DNA from: Setoptus koraiensis
Taxonomy: Eukaryota > Animalia > Arthropoda
DNA length: 64,000 nt
Direction of reading: 5' to 3'
NCBI GenBank assembly: GCA_048013815.1
Contig: CM106585.1
Span: 11,532,001-11,596,000 of the forward strand
The position numbers and the translations under genes are program-made. The notes beneath the pieces were generated by a model. It saw only the letters and a program-made list of their open reading frames with translations, was not told where the DNA came from and did no database searches. Positions 39,456 to 51,462 of the stretch are shown one piece after another (positions within the stretch are counted from its first letter, which is position 1; each line of letters opens with the position of its first letter).

Positions 39456-40482
39456 TCATTGGGAAAAATTTTGTGTTTGTACCGCTTTGAAATTGATATC
39501 CGTCTCAATCGAGTTGAATTTTTTGAGGTACTCATTGCGCTCAATGACAACCAAATTGGCTAAAGATTCATTCTGATGACTCAAGGCCAACTTGAGCGCC
39601 TCTTGAAATCTAAAGAATTCCGAGTACAAGTTTACTGCGGCTTCTAAGTTGCTATTTTGTTGCATCAGTAACATAGCAGATTGTCGCGGGTTGCCATTCG
39701 CAGGACTGATTAAGAGGGAGATTTCGGCATATCGATTAGAGTCGTTCTCTTATGCTAGCTGACCTATGAGGGCGTCCAATTGATCAATCATGTCCACTCT
39801 GCCTAGTTCAGCGAAGCACTCTCCAGCCACTTCCAGAGAGCCCCTTCTCAGGTCCATTGCCATGTATGCGAGCATCTACCATATTGCGATGGATTCATTA
39901 TCGTTGAGAGCCTACTTGAATTCAACAACCTGTTGGCCAAAGCTTTATCTATTAAGTTATCACCATACAACTCGTGAATAATCTCAATGATGGGATTCAC
40001 TGTAATAGTGAACTTATTCAAACAATCCGTCTCTATATTGATGAAACTGCCAAGAAAGTTTGTGATCTTGCTATAGACAATCTTCTCCATATTTTGGGCA
40101 TGTTTTGGAGAATTCTTCAAGAGGATATTATTCTGTTCTCATGGTTTACTTGAGTATAAATCCACACGTATCAAGCAATTGTTCTCCATGGAATTGCCTC
40201 TGAATGCCTCATCGAGATTAATGTACAAATGAATAGTGTGATTGTTCTTGAGAGCAGCCAGAATCTTTCTAGAATTGTTCCAGAGTATAGATTTGCAATT
40301 CGTGTCTATTCTGATTGGCTCCAAATGATCGAGATTGCTCATGTTTTGATTTTTGCCAAAACCTATAATGTGTAGTTATCGTTGTTCACATCTATGAAGG
40401 CTAATATCTTATAATTGTCATCAATTGTTTGATTGTGAAAGACAACAAATTGAACCATGCGTAGACTGTGATATTGAGTCAT
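39456..40482 (-). pseudogene. IFT80: Decayed C-terminal half of an IFT80/CHE-2/Oseg5-like intraflagellar transport gene
   Basis: Colinear segments resembling IFT80: KILAFIDVNND (cf. KIAFIDKNRD), SILWNNSRKILAALK (cf. LAWNDTCNILCGL), ITVNPIIEIIHELY (cf. ISITPYPAILHEY), IAIW*MLAYMAM..AGECFAELGRVD (cf. MWACLAAMA..AEIAYAAIGEID), FQEALKLAL..ERNEYLKKFNSIETD (cf. WERALELAV..YRQKFLETFGKQETN). Stops at 40139-41, 39876-78 and 39750-52, plus two frameshifts. Reference motifs are recalled from memory of the human protein. Confidence 0.75.
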
Positions 40483-40484
40483 AC

Positions 40485-40680
40485 TAGTTCCCTTGATCGT
40501 ATCGATTGTCATTTTGGCCTCGGAAGCCATTGATGTCGATACCGAGCTTGGCATATCCTCTATTGTCAAGGATCTGCTCAGAAAGCAGTAATTGGAATGG
40601 ATTTTCCGTTTTTGTTAGCACATTTTTTTTTGTTGATAAGACGAAGGAATCTGGTCCCATTCAATAAATCATGAACTGCT
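40485..40680 (+). pseudogene. Degenerate copy of the Frizzled TM4-TM5/ICL3 segment (source ~45057-45285)
   Basis: 40485-40535 matches 45057-45107 at 50/51 nt; similarity resumes after an internal deletion (ttgataagacgaaggaatctg..tcaataaatcat). Confidence 0.92.
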
Positions 40681-40724
40681 CCAAGTACCAGCAGCACTAC
40701 TGTTATAAACTCACCATTGTAGAT

Positions 40725-41170
40725 GCAAGATTTGTGGTTGCGCAATTATATTTTGTTATTTTATTATTCTCTTGGGTGGACAACCTCAAAAATCTGTCTA
40801 CATGATCTCCATTGATTATACATGTATTCATAGATGCTTGCTTGATGGCCTGCAAAACTCGTGAACTCCGACGGATCGCATGAGTCATGTCGTTTTGTAA
40901 CATCAGCGATCGTCTATTAACTTTTTTCAATACCGCTAATGAGAATCCTATGTCTCGGCAGCGAAAGTGAGCGAAACATAGTTGCATGTTTATCGCGACT
41001 TTTCTTTGACTGTACATGAGATCATTGTTGAACGAGCGCGGTTTCGTTGCGCCTAGTCTACGAAAACTATTGGTGTGAGTTCCCCAAACTGATAGTCTGC
41101 AATTCATAGTAATTTTGCACCACCTAGACTCTCTTTCACATCTCAGATTTGCTGGCCACCAATGATGCGA
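40725..41170 (-). pseudogene. Degenerate copy of the CPSF1 3' coding region (source ~32780-33250)
   Basis: Shared blocks such as gtcatgtcgttttgtaacatcagc, ctcaaaaatctgt and tgatagtctgcaa..gtaatt..caccacctagactctct. ORF 40703..41107 keeps LMLQNDMT and DRFLRLS but is otherwise scrambled. Confidence 0.92.
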
Positions 41171-41184
41171 TCTGTTGTGATAAT

Positions 41185-41360
41185 AACTAGATCTATCTTA
41201 CACTGACCTCTGCTCGCGCATGTATTTATGTTGCGTTCGTGCAAACTTTTCATCAATTATGGATGACTTGATTATATTTGATCTCGAGCGAATGTCAGTT
41301 GCGTGTATATTCTACATCTGACAGATCGATGACACTTGACGAAAGTGTCCCGGCACAGCA
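41185..41360 (-). pseudogene. Degenerate copy of an internal CPSF1 segment (source ~34435-34630)
   Basis: 41185-41216 matches 34435-34466 at 31/32 nt; continues through cgaatgtcagttgc and gaaagtgtc. It abuts the previous fragment, so ~1.2 kb of source sequence is missing between them. Confidence 0.9.
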
Positions 41361-41499
41361 ATTAATTTCGAGCCGGCTTCGTTCATTCACTAGGAGGCAC
41401 CAGTTTCTCATTTTGTGTGTGCTCTGGACATACCAAACTAATGTAAAGCATCAAGTTGTAGCTTGTGTGAGTTGAGCATCCGGTCAACTTTGACCAATG

Positions 41500-41905
41500 A
41501 TGAATGAAATGAAAATATCGAACGCACTTTAAGCAGCTAGTGATTGGCGCTGCAACTTGAGTAAGCCAGTGGCCCAAAGTTATACGAGTTGTATATTCAA
41601 GAGTTTGGCCGAGTGCAATTGAGGCATCGTCCAGCATAACACATGAGTGAGTTAGTGAGCATGCACATTTAATAGGACATGTATGACGCACCATCGACGG
41701 TTGTTCCGTCGAGCACAAACATTGATCATGAATTAGGGAACAAGGAACAAGCCAGTTATTGGGGGTTCCAATGAGCAGCATACTTATCAAACGCATGCCA
41801 TCTCAGCCCCACGGTGCGAGTGTCTATGCCATCGGTGGTTGGCTGTGTCGGCAACAGTCTCAAGTTGGATATATTAGTGAGCGTCAGCTTATGTTTTCGA
41901 AATTC
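41500..41905 (-). pseudogene. Probable decayed N-terminal WD40 region of the IFT80-like gene
   Basis: Frameshifted WD-like text VGLRWHAFD / MLLIGTPNNWL, then HTCPIKCA and LTQVAAPITSC, at spacing similar to IFT80 IDFHWFPK / FVLTSSDGKF / HCGAVLAG / LAQQGTPVYSV. The similarity is weak and judged by eye. Confidence 0.4.
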
Positions 41906-43477
41906 GAATTGTTGTCTGTCGGGCATTCTAGCCCAGCGCGTGTTTCTGTGTGTGTGTGTGCTCAGGCTGCGTCAGGTTCAATAAACGAACGCCTCTCGTA
42001 TATACACTTGATTCGATTTTATCGAATGCGCACAACACATAGAGAGAACAACGAAGATAATCCGCGTTTATAACAAAAACATGTAAGCAACAAAGGCGTA
42101 GCAAGTGCATCGCGTCCCGCAAACTCGGGCCCGCTGTTGTTTGCGGGCCGCTGCAACACATCGAACAATATATAAGAATATAAGAATAATACCATTGGCA
42201 CAATTTCAAGCGACAGCTCGTGCGCCTCGTCACTATATATCGTATGGTGTATCGATGCATGCGTGGACGGACCAATGCGCAAGCGCGCACTTTGTGTGTG
42301 CGTGTGCTTGTGTGTGGTTCGGTTGTTCGGTCGTTGGGTTGTTCGGCTGTTCGGCTGCCTGGTCTGGTCTGGTGTGACCCTAGTGACTCACAACTGGTGA
42401 GAGAGGCTGGGAGCTGGCCAACGCGCGGCGTGTACGCGCATTCTCTGGTGATTAAAATGATGTGCCGCCGATGATGAACGACAACAACAATTTTGTTCGA
42501 TCGTCGATTTGATTCGCACGTTCACTATAAACAAATTCTACTTTCTCTCAGCAAGCAGCGAATAGCGCATTAACAGGCAAGAGCGTTAAATCGTCGCCTT
42601 GTTCTCTCAACCTGACGACTGTCCCATCTCTATATTAAACATTAAATGTAAAATATTTCATTCTATTCCATGTGCTCAGTGAAAATCTCATCATCGTTAT
42701 TATTATCATTATTATTATTCTAATCACCATCATCTTTATTGTTGTCATTGCTGTTAATACCATTTATTATTATTATTATCTATATTCTCATCTTGGCATC
42801 GTGGAAGAGAATATCTGGCCGCTAAATAGTAATCCAAGACACAGGCTTTCCATCCACGCACATTCATGCATTGTTGGCCGACAATAGCGGATAAGCGAAC
42901 ATACACATACACACACACACACAGCTAATTATCATCAAGTGACCATGATCGAACCAGCATCTATACATCAATAGAATAGATTCGAACATCTCTCTATTGA
43001 TTATAATAGCTCAACCACAAACAACCTGACACGACACACTTGGCCGCCACAACAAGCGTGCCAATACTCTAACAACAGCCATAGGTACGACGGCCACAGA
43101 TTGACCAGCTAGTCAATCAGTGTCACTGTTATGATCAACCGCCACCATCCTTAACTAGTGTCATCTTGCCAACAGTGACCAGATATTTTTATATCCATCA
43201 CATGTCATCAGCAGCTTTTGTCATCATACACGCACCATTTTCTACCAATTTTCTACAAATTTTCTACCAATCAACCATTTTCTACGATTGACACGCACAC
43301 ATATATATACATTATATTTACACAACTATATTTGCAACAAATATTTACACATACATATATTTCTATAGTATGATATCAATATTGCTACAAGATTTCATCC
43401 ACATCCAAACAATTTGATAATAATATAATTATTCATATATTTGCACGATACTTGCAACACTTCTTCAAGACAGAATC

Positions 43478-46231
43478 ATGCGGCAATCAATCAGTATTCC
43501 GACCTTATTTCAGGACAAAACATCACATTCGAAAGCAATAATACTACTACTACTATTATCCATAGTCCAACTTAGTCATGCGGTCCAGTCGTCAGACGAC
43601 GATCCATTCAGTGATCCCGATTACCAATGTGAAACTCTCACCTTCGTAGAATGCAGAAATTTTGGCTATAACACAACTAGAATGCCAAATGTTTTTGGCC
43701 ACCAAAATCAAGAGGAAGCCAAAACTGTTGCCATTCAATTGCTTTTACTAAACGAAACAAAATGCAGCGACGAGTATGTATTTTATATATGCCAAATGCT
43801 GTTTCCTGTTTGCCTAACTGAAGGCGCTAGCAAATATGAAAAAGCTGTCCTACCATGCAGATCTATGTGTAATCGTGTATATGATAGCTGCAAACAATCC
43901 ATCAATGAGGCTAAGAAATTTGTTAAAAATGAATGGCCTCAACAGTTAGAGTGTGATAAGCTAGAAGTTGATAATCCAGATTCTGGTGTCTGTCATGATC
44001 CAAATTATAATAGAATGAGACAGCAGCCAACAAGCAATCAACAGCCATCAAAATTAAATAATCATCAGCGCTCTCAAAATAAAACGAAGCCAATCAAACA
44101 AACCCCTGACGAATACCAAAACAATCATAACGGGGAGTGGAAAACTGTTCTGGCGCCTTTTGAACCACCTAAACATCCTGTAGATATCTCTATCGATAGA
44201 TCTCCTTTAGATATTTCAAAATTTATTAGTCCTCAAACGATCCATACTGGTCCGAGCAATACATTTCTGGATCATCGGCCTTCGCCTCGGCCAATTGCGA
44301 ATACCGATACCTTCGAAAATATTGATCATCCTTATAATCGTCAATCGATCCAAGAAAAGCACTGTGGTTGTTTCTGCCGTCCACCATTGGTGCCGATCGT
44401 GGATGCTGTAGATCGGAGATCCCACTATCGAGTAAGAGTAGGCTCTTTGAATAACTGCGCCTACCCGTGCTCCCTGAAATATAGAAAACCAGCTCAACCT
44501 TTGAAGTCGATTGAGCAATCAAACTCATTATTCTTAACTGGGCAAGAACAGCAAAAAGTGAATGACGTGGTGTCTTTCCTTGCATGGACTTGTCTAGTTT
44601 TGACTGGATTTACCATAGTTACTTTTTTGAGTGACATTCACCGATTCAAGTATCCAACCCGATGCATTGTGTTTCTTTGCGCTTGTTATTTGCTAGTCTC
44701 ATCAGGATATCTATTAAGATCACCAATCGACACGTCAGGTGATGCTTCTGACAGTGTTGAAGAACTAACCACATCTTCGTCGAGCCTATCACCAACCATG
44801 TCACCTTTGCAAACAGTTTTAGAACAACAGCAACAACAACAAAGACCCTTCTACTGTTATCAGAATCTGGCAAGATATCCTGTCAGCGGAACTATACAGA
44901 TACAATGTCTCGCTACGTTTTTCTTGACCTACACCTTCATGATGGCGGCGAATGTATGGTGGATGATATTTGCCATAGTCTCTTTCATGTCGAGTTTAGG
45001 TTGGGCCCAAGAATCACTATCAAGTTACTCACAATGTTTTCATCTCACAGCTTGGTTAGTTCCCTTGATCGTATCGATTGTCATTTTGGCCTCAGAAGCC
45101 ATTGATGGCGATATCGAACTTGGTATGTGCTCTGTTGGCAACTTAGATCTAGGGAATCTACAAGGATTTATTATCATACCTCAAATAGCAGCAATAGGGA
45201 TAGGTTTCCTGTTTTTGTCAACACAATTTATTTTGCTGATAAGACGAAGGAATCTGATCCGACTCAATAAATCATCAACTATAGCCAGTGTCAGTAACAG
45301 TCCACCTTCATCAACTCAGATATCACCCACTGATCACATGCATGATGAGAACTATCAAGCCAATGCGTCCATCAGCAAGCAGACATTAACAGTTAATGTG
45401 GGAAAATCTGGCGGATTCATAACTTCAGCAGCGGATAATTGTCAGCTAAGATATTTGGAAAAATTGGATGGATCAATTTTGAGAATTGTACTCTTTGGTC
45501 TGTTATATTTTATACCTATGCTCACGTTAGTGACCACTCTTCTATATGACCAATACTCTAGACCCATCCGTGAACGTCAATATGTTTGTCCTTGCTCACA
45601 GTCAAATCAATCAGCAGCATCGACCACATCCTCGTCATCGTTTAGTCAGTTTTTACTCTCTAATATCAGTTATTATGACACGCTATTGGCGAGGCACATT
45701 TCAATATTGAGCGTAGGTATTGCAGCATCACTGTGGTTGTGTTTCAATATGAAAACTTTCAGGCAATGGAGGAAGCTGGTGAGAAGGATATTCCGTTGCT
45801 GTAGTGATACGACTGACAATTACGACTATATATTAAGATACGATGCTGACGCAATCTGCAATCATAACAATCTCGTAAATCAAAATCAACAAGAACATTT
45901 GAGACAGCAACATTTGCTCCAGCAACAGTCGATCACAATCAATCAATACGATGAAATAAACACATTGGGCCGTTCCAACATGACGCCGAACAAGTTACCA
46001 CCTTATAATTATCGTTTACCTCCTGCCTCAACAGCGTCCACTTCTAGAGTTGACGGCCTGACCCATACAACTAATTTACACCGGCAATATCCCTGGATGG
46101 GATCAGGACCATCTCATAAACACAATAATTCAAGTTCGCAGTCTTCATCTGGGCGAAGTCGTGCCCAGAGTTACATAAATAGGGACTTATCTGGCCACAA
46201 CTCTCGTCGAGATCAACAACTCTGTCTGTGA
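43478..46231 (+). CDS. Frizzled-family Wnt receptor, divergent, intronless, 917 aa (possibly Fz2/FZD5/8-like)
   Basis: Signal peptide; CRD CETLTFVECRNFGYNTTRMPN..LPCRSMC..WPQQLEC; linker CGCFCRPPLV; 7TM with RFKYP, WW, FHLTAW, DGD..GMCSVGN; KTxxxW motif (KTFRQW). Confidence 0.95.
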   Translation: MRQSISIPTLFQDKTSHSKAIILLLLLSIVQLSHAVQSSDDDPFSDPDYQCETLTFVECRNFGYNTTRMPNVFGHQNQEEAKTVAIQLLLLNETKCSDEYVFYICQMLFPVCLTEGASKYEKAVLPCRSMCNRVYDSCKQSINEAKKFVKNEWPQQLECDKLEVDNPDSGVCHDPNYNRMRQQPTSNQQPSKLNNHQRSQNKTKPIKQTPDEYQNNHNGEWKTVLAPFEPPKHPVDISIDRSPLDISKFISPQTIHTGPSNTFLDHRPSPRPIANTDTFENIDHPYNRQSIQEKHCGCFCRPPLVPIVDAVDRRSHYRVRVGSLNNCAYPCSLKYRKPAQPLKSIEQSNSLFLTGQEQQKVNDVVSFLAWTCLVLTGFTIVTFLSDIHRFKYPTRCIVFLCACYLLVSSGYLLRSPIDTSGDASDSVEELTTSSSSLSPTMSPLQTVLEQQQQQQRPFYCYQNLARYPVSGTIQIQCLATFFLTYTFMMAANVWWMIFAIVSFMSSLGWAQESLSSYSQCFHLTAWLVPLIVSIVILASEAIDGDIELGMCSVGNLDLGNLQGFIIIPQIAAIGIGFLFLSTQFILLIRRRNLIRLNKSSTIASVSNSPPSSTQISPTDHMHDENYQANASISKQTLTVNVGKSGGFITSAADNCQLRYLEKLDGSILRIVLFGLLYFIPMLTLVTTLLYDQYSRPIRERQYVCPCSQSNQSAASTTSSSSFSQFLLSNISYYDTLLARHISILSVGIAASLWLCFNMKTFRQWRKLVRRIFRCCSDTTDNYDYILRYDADAICNHNNLVNQNQQEHLRQQHLLQQQSITINQYDEINTLGRSNMTPNKLPPYNYRLPPASTASTSRVDGLTHTTNLHRQYPWMGSGPSHKHNNSSSQSSSGRSRAQSYINRDLSGHNSRRDQQLCL

Positions 46232-46484
46232 AATTGCCCATTTGTATCTGATATATAAAGCGGTATCGTTATAGAGATTGTGTATATACCATCAGTAGGC
46301 CACACGAGGTCACTTTTGGACATGTACATGTTGTCGTATTTTCGGTGCGACCACCCAATAAAAAATGTATATTAAACATCAAATCTAAAATCTTTGTATT
46401 TCAAGTGCTGATAGCTATGTTCGAGTTTTCAAGTTGAATTGCAATCATTAGTATCGCTTGGAGAATTGATTTGCCTTGTGGAGA

Positions 46485-46885
46485 TTCCGACAAGATGTCC
46501 CACAAGCTCTCAAGGTGTAGTTATCGTTTACCTGCTTGCCATACAGCGTCTACGTCATGAGTTGACGGTCTAAACCATGCAAGTGATTTACACAGACAGT
46601 ATCCATGGTAAGGATAAGGGTGGTCTCATGATCAGCATTATTACCATAATATTTCAAGCTTGCAATCTTCATCTGAGGGAAGTCATGCGCCTAGCTACAT
46701 AAATAGCGATTTATCTGGTCGTAACTCTCGTCGAGATCAACAACTTTGTTTGTGAAATTGCCCATTTGTATTGAATAGATAAAGCGGTGTCGCCCCCAAG
46801 CCAGTGGTGTAGCCTATTTGTAGGCCAAATGAGGTTGCTCTTTGGCTTGCACTGTACGTCGTCGGGTTTTCGGTGCCAGCAGCCA
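46485..46885 (+). pseudogene. Decayed tandem duplicate of the Frizzled 3' CDS and 3' UTR (source ~45970-46370)
   Basis: aactctcgtcgagatcaacaact..tgtgaaattgcccatttgtat at 46199 and 46723 (offset 524); tatcgtttacct and gagttgacgg are also duplicated; the copy has an in-frame TGA. Confidence 0.9.
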
Positions 46886-47397
46886 ATAATGATAATATAT
46901 TAGGCAATAATGGTGACAGTAACAGCAAGGGACTAGCTTTTTCTAGGGCAACAACACATAGACAATGCCTATTTATATAAGCTTTTATTTAGCGCAGCCA
47001 TTTCATTATATGTGTTGCACTTCTAATCATCATGTTTTTTTTTCTAATCTCACACTGGTTACATAGTGGTTATAGTGCCCAAATAAACAAGCTCGTATTC
47101 GCGTATCGTTCATATAAACAAGACAAAAAAGCGTCTTGTCGTCGAAAAACAGACACTAACACGCACACACATAGTTACGCGAACGCTACTGCATTAGAGA
47201 AAACTAGAGGCCCCTCTTGATAATACAACTGTGGCAATATATAAGAATTGTATTATTGGTTTTGTGTCTATCTTAAACGGCCCAACCACCAGTATTCTAT
47301 TCTACAATTGTCGCTGTTATCTATCTAGCTAGCTCGCCAGTTAGCGGAACTTTGAGCGTATGCCGCCCAATAGATGGAACGACCTTAGGCACGCGAG

Positions 47398-47398
<1 letters not shown>

Positions 47399-47427
<29 letters not shown>
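47399..47427. repeat. (TA)n microsatellite
   Basis: Read directly. Confidence 0.9.
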
Positions 47428-47429
<2 letters not shown>

Positions 47430-50400
47430 GGCACGAGTGATCTATGATGGTAGAGATTGGGGTCTGTCTGCCGTATGAAGTTTGCAGGCTACGCCGACAA
47501 ACGGATAAACGGGGTTGTTAACCTCCCTATCAGCAGTTGCTTATTGACAGCATTTCAAGAGTTAGATAGGCAGTTGTTGAGTATTTTACAATTGGCGGCG
47601 CTAGTGCCCCAGATATCAGCAGCGACCCGTCGGGTCTGAACGTAGGGAGAGAGAGAACGCCAAATCATAGTTGATAATGTTTAAGTGAATTCTCGTGTTC
47701 ATCTGATATATGACATTTTGAGTTGTCACACGAACGCCAACAAAAAGAGAGCGGCCGAGAGGGACAGAGAGAGATTGGGGGAGAGAGAAAGGAAAAAAAC
47801 GACAAAGCCAAGAACACGCGATATCTGATCCCTGTTCATTCCGATGATTCATGCTGATAAAATGATGAAATGGACCGGCCAGTGGAAATCTCTTTGCCAG
47901 CCCAACTAGACGGGCCACACACACACACACACACACACACATACGCACACAGGAAGAGGCCATCAACTCACGTGAAATGTGACACTAGAGTAAAGCGGTT
48001 GGCTATCGCGACAGGGCCCCAATGGCAATGGTTGGATTGGGGCCAGCTGTAGGCGAGAAGAGAAACCGTTTGGTTGCGGTTGCTTTCGGACGCTTGGGCA
48101 ATATTGGCCGCTTTGATTCTATTGTGTGGCGCTCATAAATTGCACCCAATTCAACTAAAAGTAGGCTGTCGTTGTGCCATTACCATCAGGGGATCCAATC
48201 TACTGGCACAACGGACAATAATCAGCGTTGCTGCCACCAGTAGTGCGCGCCAGTTATAATTGCTTGTGACAGAAGCTAGATTGCGTAATAGTGAAAATTG
48301 TTTAGTGAGCGTTAGGTGCTGCTGCCTACATTAATATATATGCAAATCGAAGTTCTTTTTTGCTCGATATATCCATCTCTGGGCGCTTACATTCGCGCAT
48401 AATATTACAGAGTGTGTATGTATGTTTGTGTGTATGTGTTCACTTTCAAAACCAAACTAAACTTGCTATGAGATCGCAGCTAAATATGACACGAGTACAT
48501 GAGTATGAGAGATAGATAGAGGCATTAATATCATGTGCAGATTATTATTAGTGGGCCCGCAAGTGTATGCCGGCGCCTGATGTGTCTGGCGGTGCCGATG
48601 GTGACAGGCCGAGGGCCCAATTTAGAGCGACCATGGCGGCGGGCCCCCTGGCGGAATTGCAACAATTACCGTTACGTTGTGTGTGCAGCTTGGAGTTCAT
48701 TGTCCTCTCACGCTAATCCTCTTTTGTGAGCACTATACCAACTAACAAAACACAAATTGCTAACTGTCAATAGCGTGTTTCGTCATCAAAAACGAGCTCT
48801 GAATAGATAGCTTGCGAAGCGAGATAGCGACCAAGTTGGGGCCGAGAGTGCTCACTTACACGAAAGTGTCCCCTTTTTGGTTACAATGTTGTTGTTGTTG
48901 TTGTTGTTGTTTCGTACACAACTCACTGGCGATATAGAGAACTAGAGAGATAGAAAGATGGACGCACGCAATTCAGACGGTCGCCGAGGCGCGCTGATCG
49001 CGATCGATCTAGGCAATCGAAGCGCCTAAGCGGCAGTCATATGACATATATCCTATGCCCAAGAGACTCTATTATGGATGCTCTTGGGCATTGGCCAGGG
49101 CTGATTTTTGGCAGCGCACGAGGCCCATTTGCGCTCATCCGCTAGGCGCAAACAACAAACTGGTGGCCAGATAAAAACTAACACGGCTAAATCCATTCAT
49201 TGCTTAGTTGTTGATGATGCTTGACACATAATAAAAGTAAGCACAAATCGTTGTCTACCTGGACACAGACTATACTACTATGGGTACCACTACCAGCACC
49301 ATTACTACTACTATTACCACTGGTGCTGGTGCTGGTGGTAGTGGTAATATGGGCACCAAATAGCATGGGCATGTTGTCGCTAGTTGCTATTTAATAGCCT
49401 CAGACTTGCGAGCCAGATTGAATACCTTATAAGGTTTGCTTCTGGTTCAGGTCTCTCGGGGGTAGTGCCACTGGTCGCGGGTGACGACGACAACGTAAAC
49501 ACTGTGCCACCATAGGAAGAGGAAGTGATTATTTGGGTTGCATTAGCCTCAAAGTACCCGGAGCACGGGCGAATCTGTTGTGTGTCTATTTTATTTTGCT
49601 GTTGTTGGTGGTGCTGTTGCTTGTGCCTCAAAAGTAATTACGTAAGTCTCATATAGAGCCGATGTACACACATTGCTTTTATGCCAATAAAAACACACGT
49701 TCCCTTTATTCGTGATCGCACCAGTAAACCAGTGAACAAAATGAAGCGAAACATGTAGAAATTGATGAGCCTCTCTCTCCCTTTTTCTCTTGCTGCCACT
49801 ACTGCTTCTTGATCTAGAATATCCATTAGTGTATTCCGAGGGAGTGTGCATAATTCTTGTTCTTGTTCATTTACTACAGCATGAGAGTCCAATTGCATTC
49901 GGAGAATAAGTTTGCTGCGCCGGGAGAACCGAAAGTCAGGTATCATCAGCATAAACTCCCGCTCACTGCTCTATTCATGCCAAATTTGAACATGAGATTC
50001 AATTACATCATCTGGCTTCTACTTATCTCTCTAAAAGCATTCCTAGAAACCCTAGCTGGTAATGGCTTCACCTGACAACGGGCACACTGTTAGGTGTGGG
50101 CACGGGGCCAATTATATATATTTGATAAGCATGCGTTCTTGTTGATGCCCAATATATACAATACACAATATGGATATAGAATGGGAACGCATCATGCCAA
50201 ATCGATTGCATAGGCCTGATACTGGTCGCACGTGCCTTTTATCACGTGCTCATTCAGTCGTCGCAATTTCTCTTTCTATACTGTCCTGTTTTATGGATCA
50301 AAATAGTTGTGTATATTGACAAGTTGGTTTATAAATGCAATATCCCAACTCCCCCAAAGGAAATTAGACAAACACTTATAGCGTAGTGTATATACAGGCG

Positions 50401-51462
50401 AACGGCGTTCGGTGAGAGCTTGCAATGCGACTGACTAACAACAGCCAGTTTACCAATGTTGAAAAGCAAACAAAATCGCTGGCCTGTCATGTGATCAATT
50501 CATCAATGCTCGATCATCTTTTCCCTCCACTGAACAATTCTTGTCCGCTTCATCCAGCACACTCTCACACTGACGCATCTATGAAACAACATCGAGTTCC
50601 ACATAGAGCCAACCCGATAATAATGAGAATAATGATGTAACTGTGTTCCATAGTCCGACATACAACAATATAGCACACGTCAGTATGACTGTTGTGCACT
50701 GAAGTTGTTCATCATTTGATCTGCAAAAGCGACGTTTACTCGCCATGTACCATCAGCAAATCCCTTTAAATTGCTCAAGACCAAGCGATAGTGATGATGA
50801 TACACATCCTCTTTGATATGATCTAGCTGGAGTGAGCACGGATATGATTCAATGCACTCTACCCTATGAGGATTGACAGATGTTGTCTAGTTGGGGCTCC
50901 CACTTAGATAGTTTACAGTAGGCAACAAAAGCAACGAAAGCTGGAGGGATAAAAGAACGTCTATTTCTATATGCTATTTAATGACCTTTATCCCTGTCAG
51001 AACTAGTTGTTGGCAGTACAATAGATGAAGCGGAAAACACTCTTTTGGAAACAGTTTGATCACTATCAACAATTCATTCGAATATCTGCTTGATTTGATC
51101 TTTGCTTCATGGTATGATTCCAAATAAATTGATAAACTCTCTTGTTTCTGCTAAAATTCTGTAATCTCTGGTGAACAGCACATATCTGTCCAATCGAATT
51201 TGAATATCACACAAATTGAATAATACATACATGATTATACATAGTTGAGATTGAATAATTTTGAATATCACATGGTTCCACATCTATGTATATATCCGCA
51301 GAAGTAAATTAATTTTTTGTTTTCGTTACGACGTTGATTGAGCAAATATCGATAAACTCAGTATCTTAAGCGCGAATATACATTAGCATATATATTCAGA
51401 TGTACAAACGATATTTAGAGGCTTTTTACAGGTATGTCACGAGATAGTTTTTCAATCAACTG

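Noticed and set aside
39456-40342. Alternative assignment of the pseudogene as ELP1
   Set aside because: The WN..ILA and EALKL motifs fit loosely, but motif order, spacing and the AFID and W-LAxMA..AxxxxAxLGxxD blocks fit IFT80 much better.
49638-49952. 104-aa minus-strand ORF
   Set aside because: No domain, no convincing splice context, and flanked by simple repeats.
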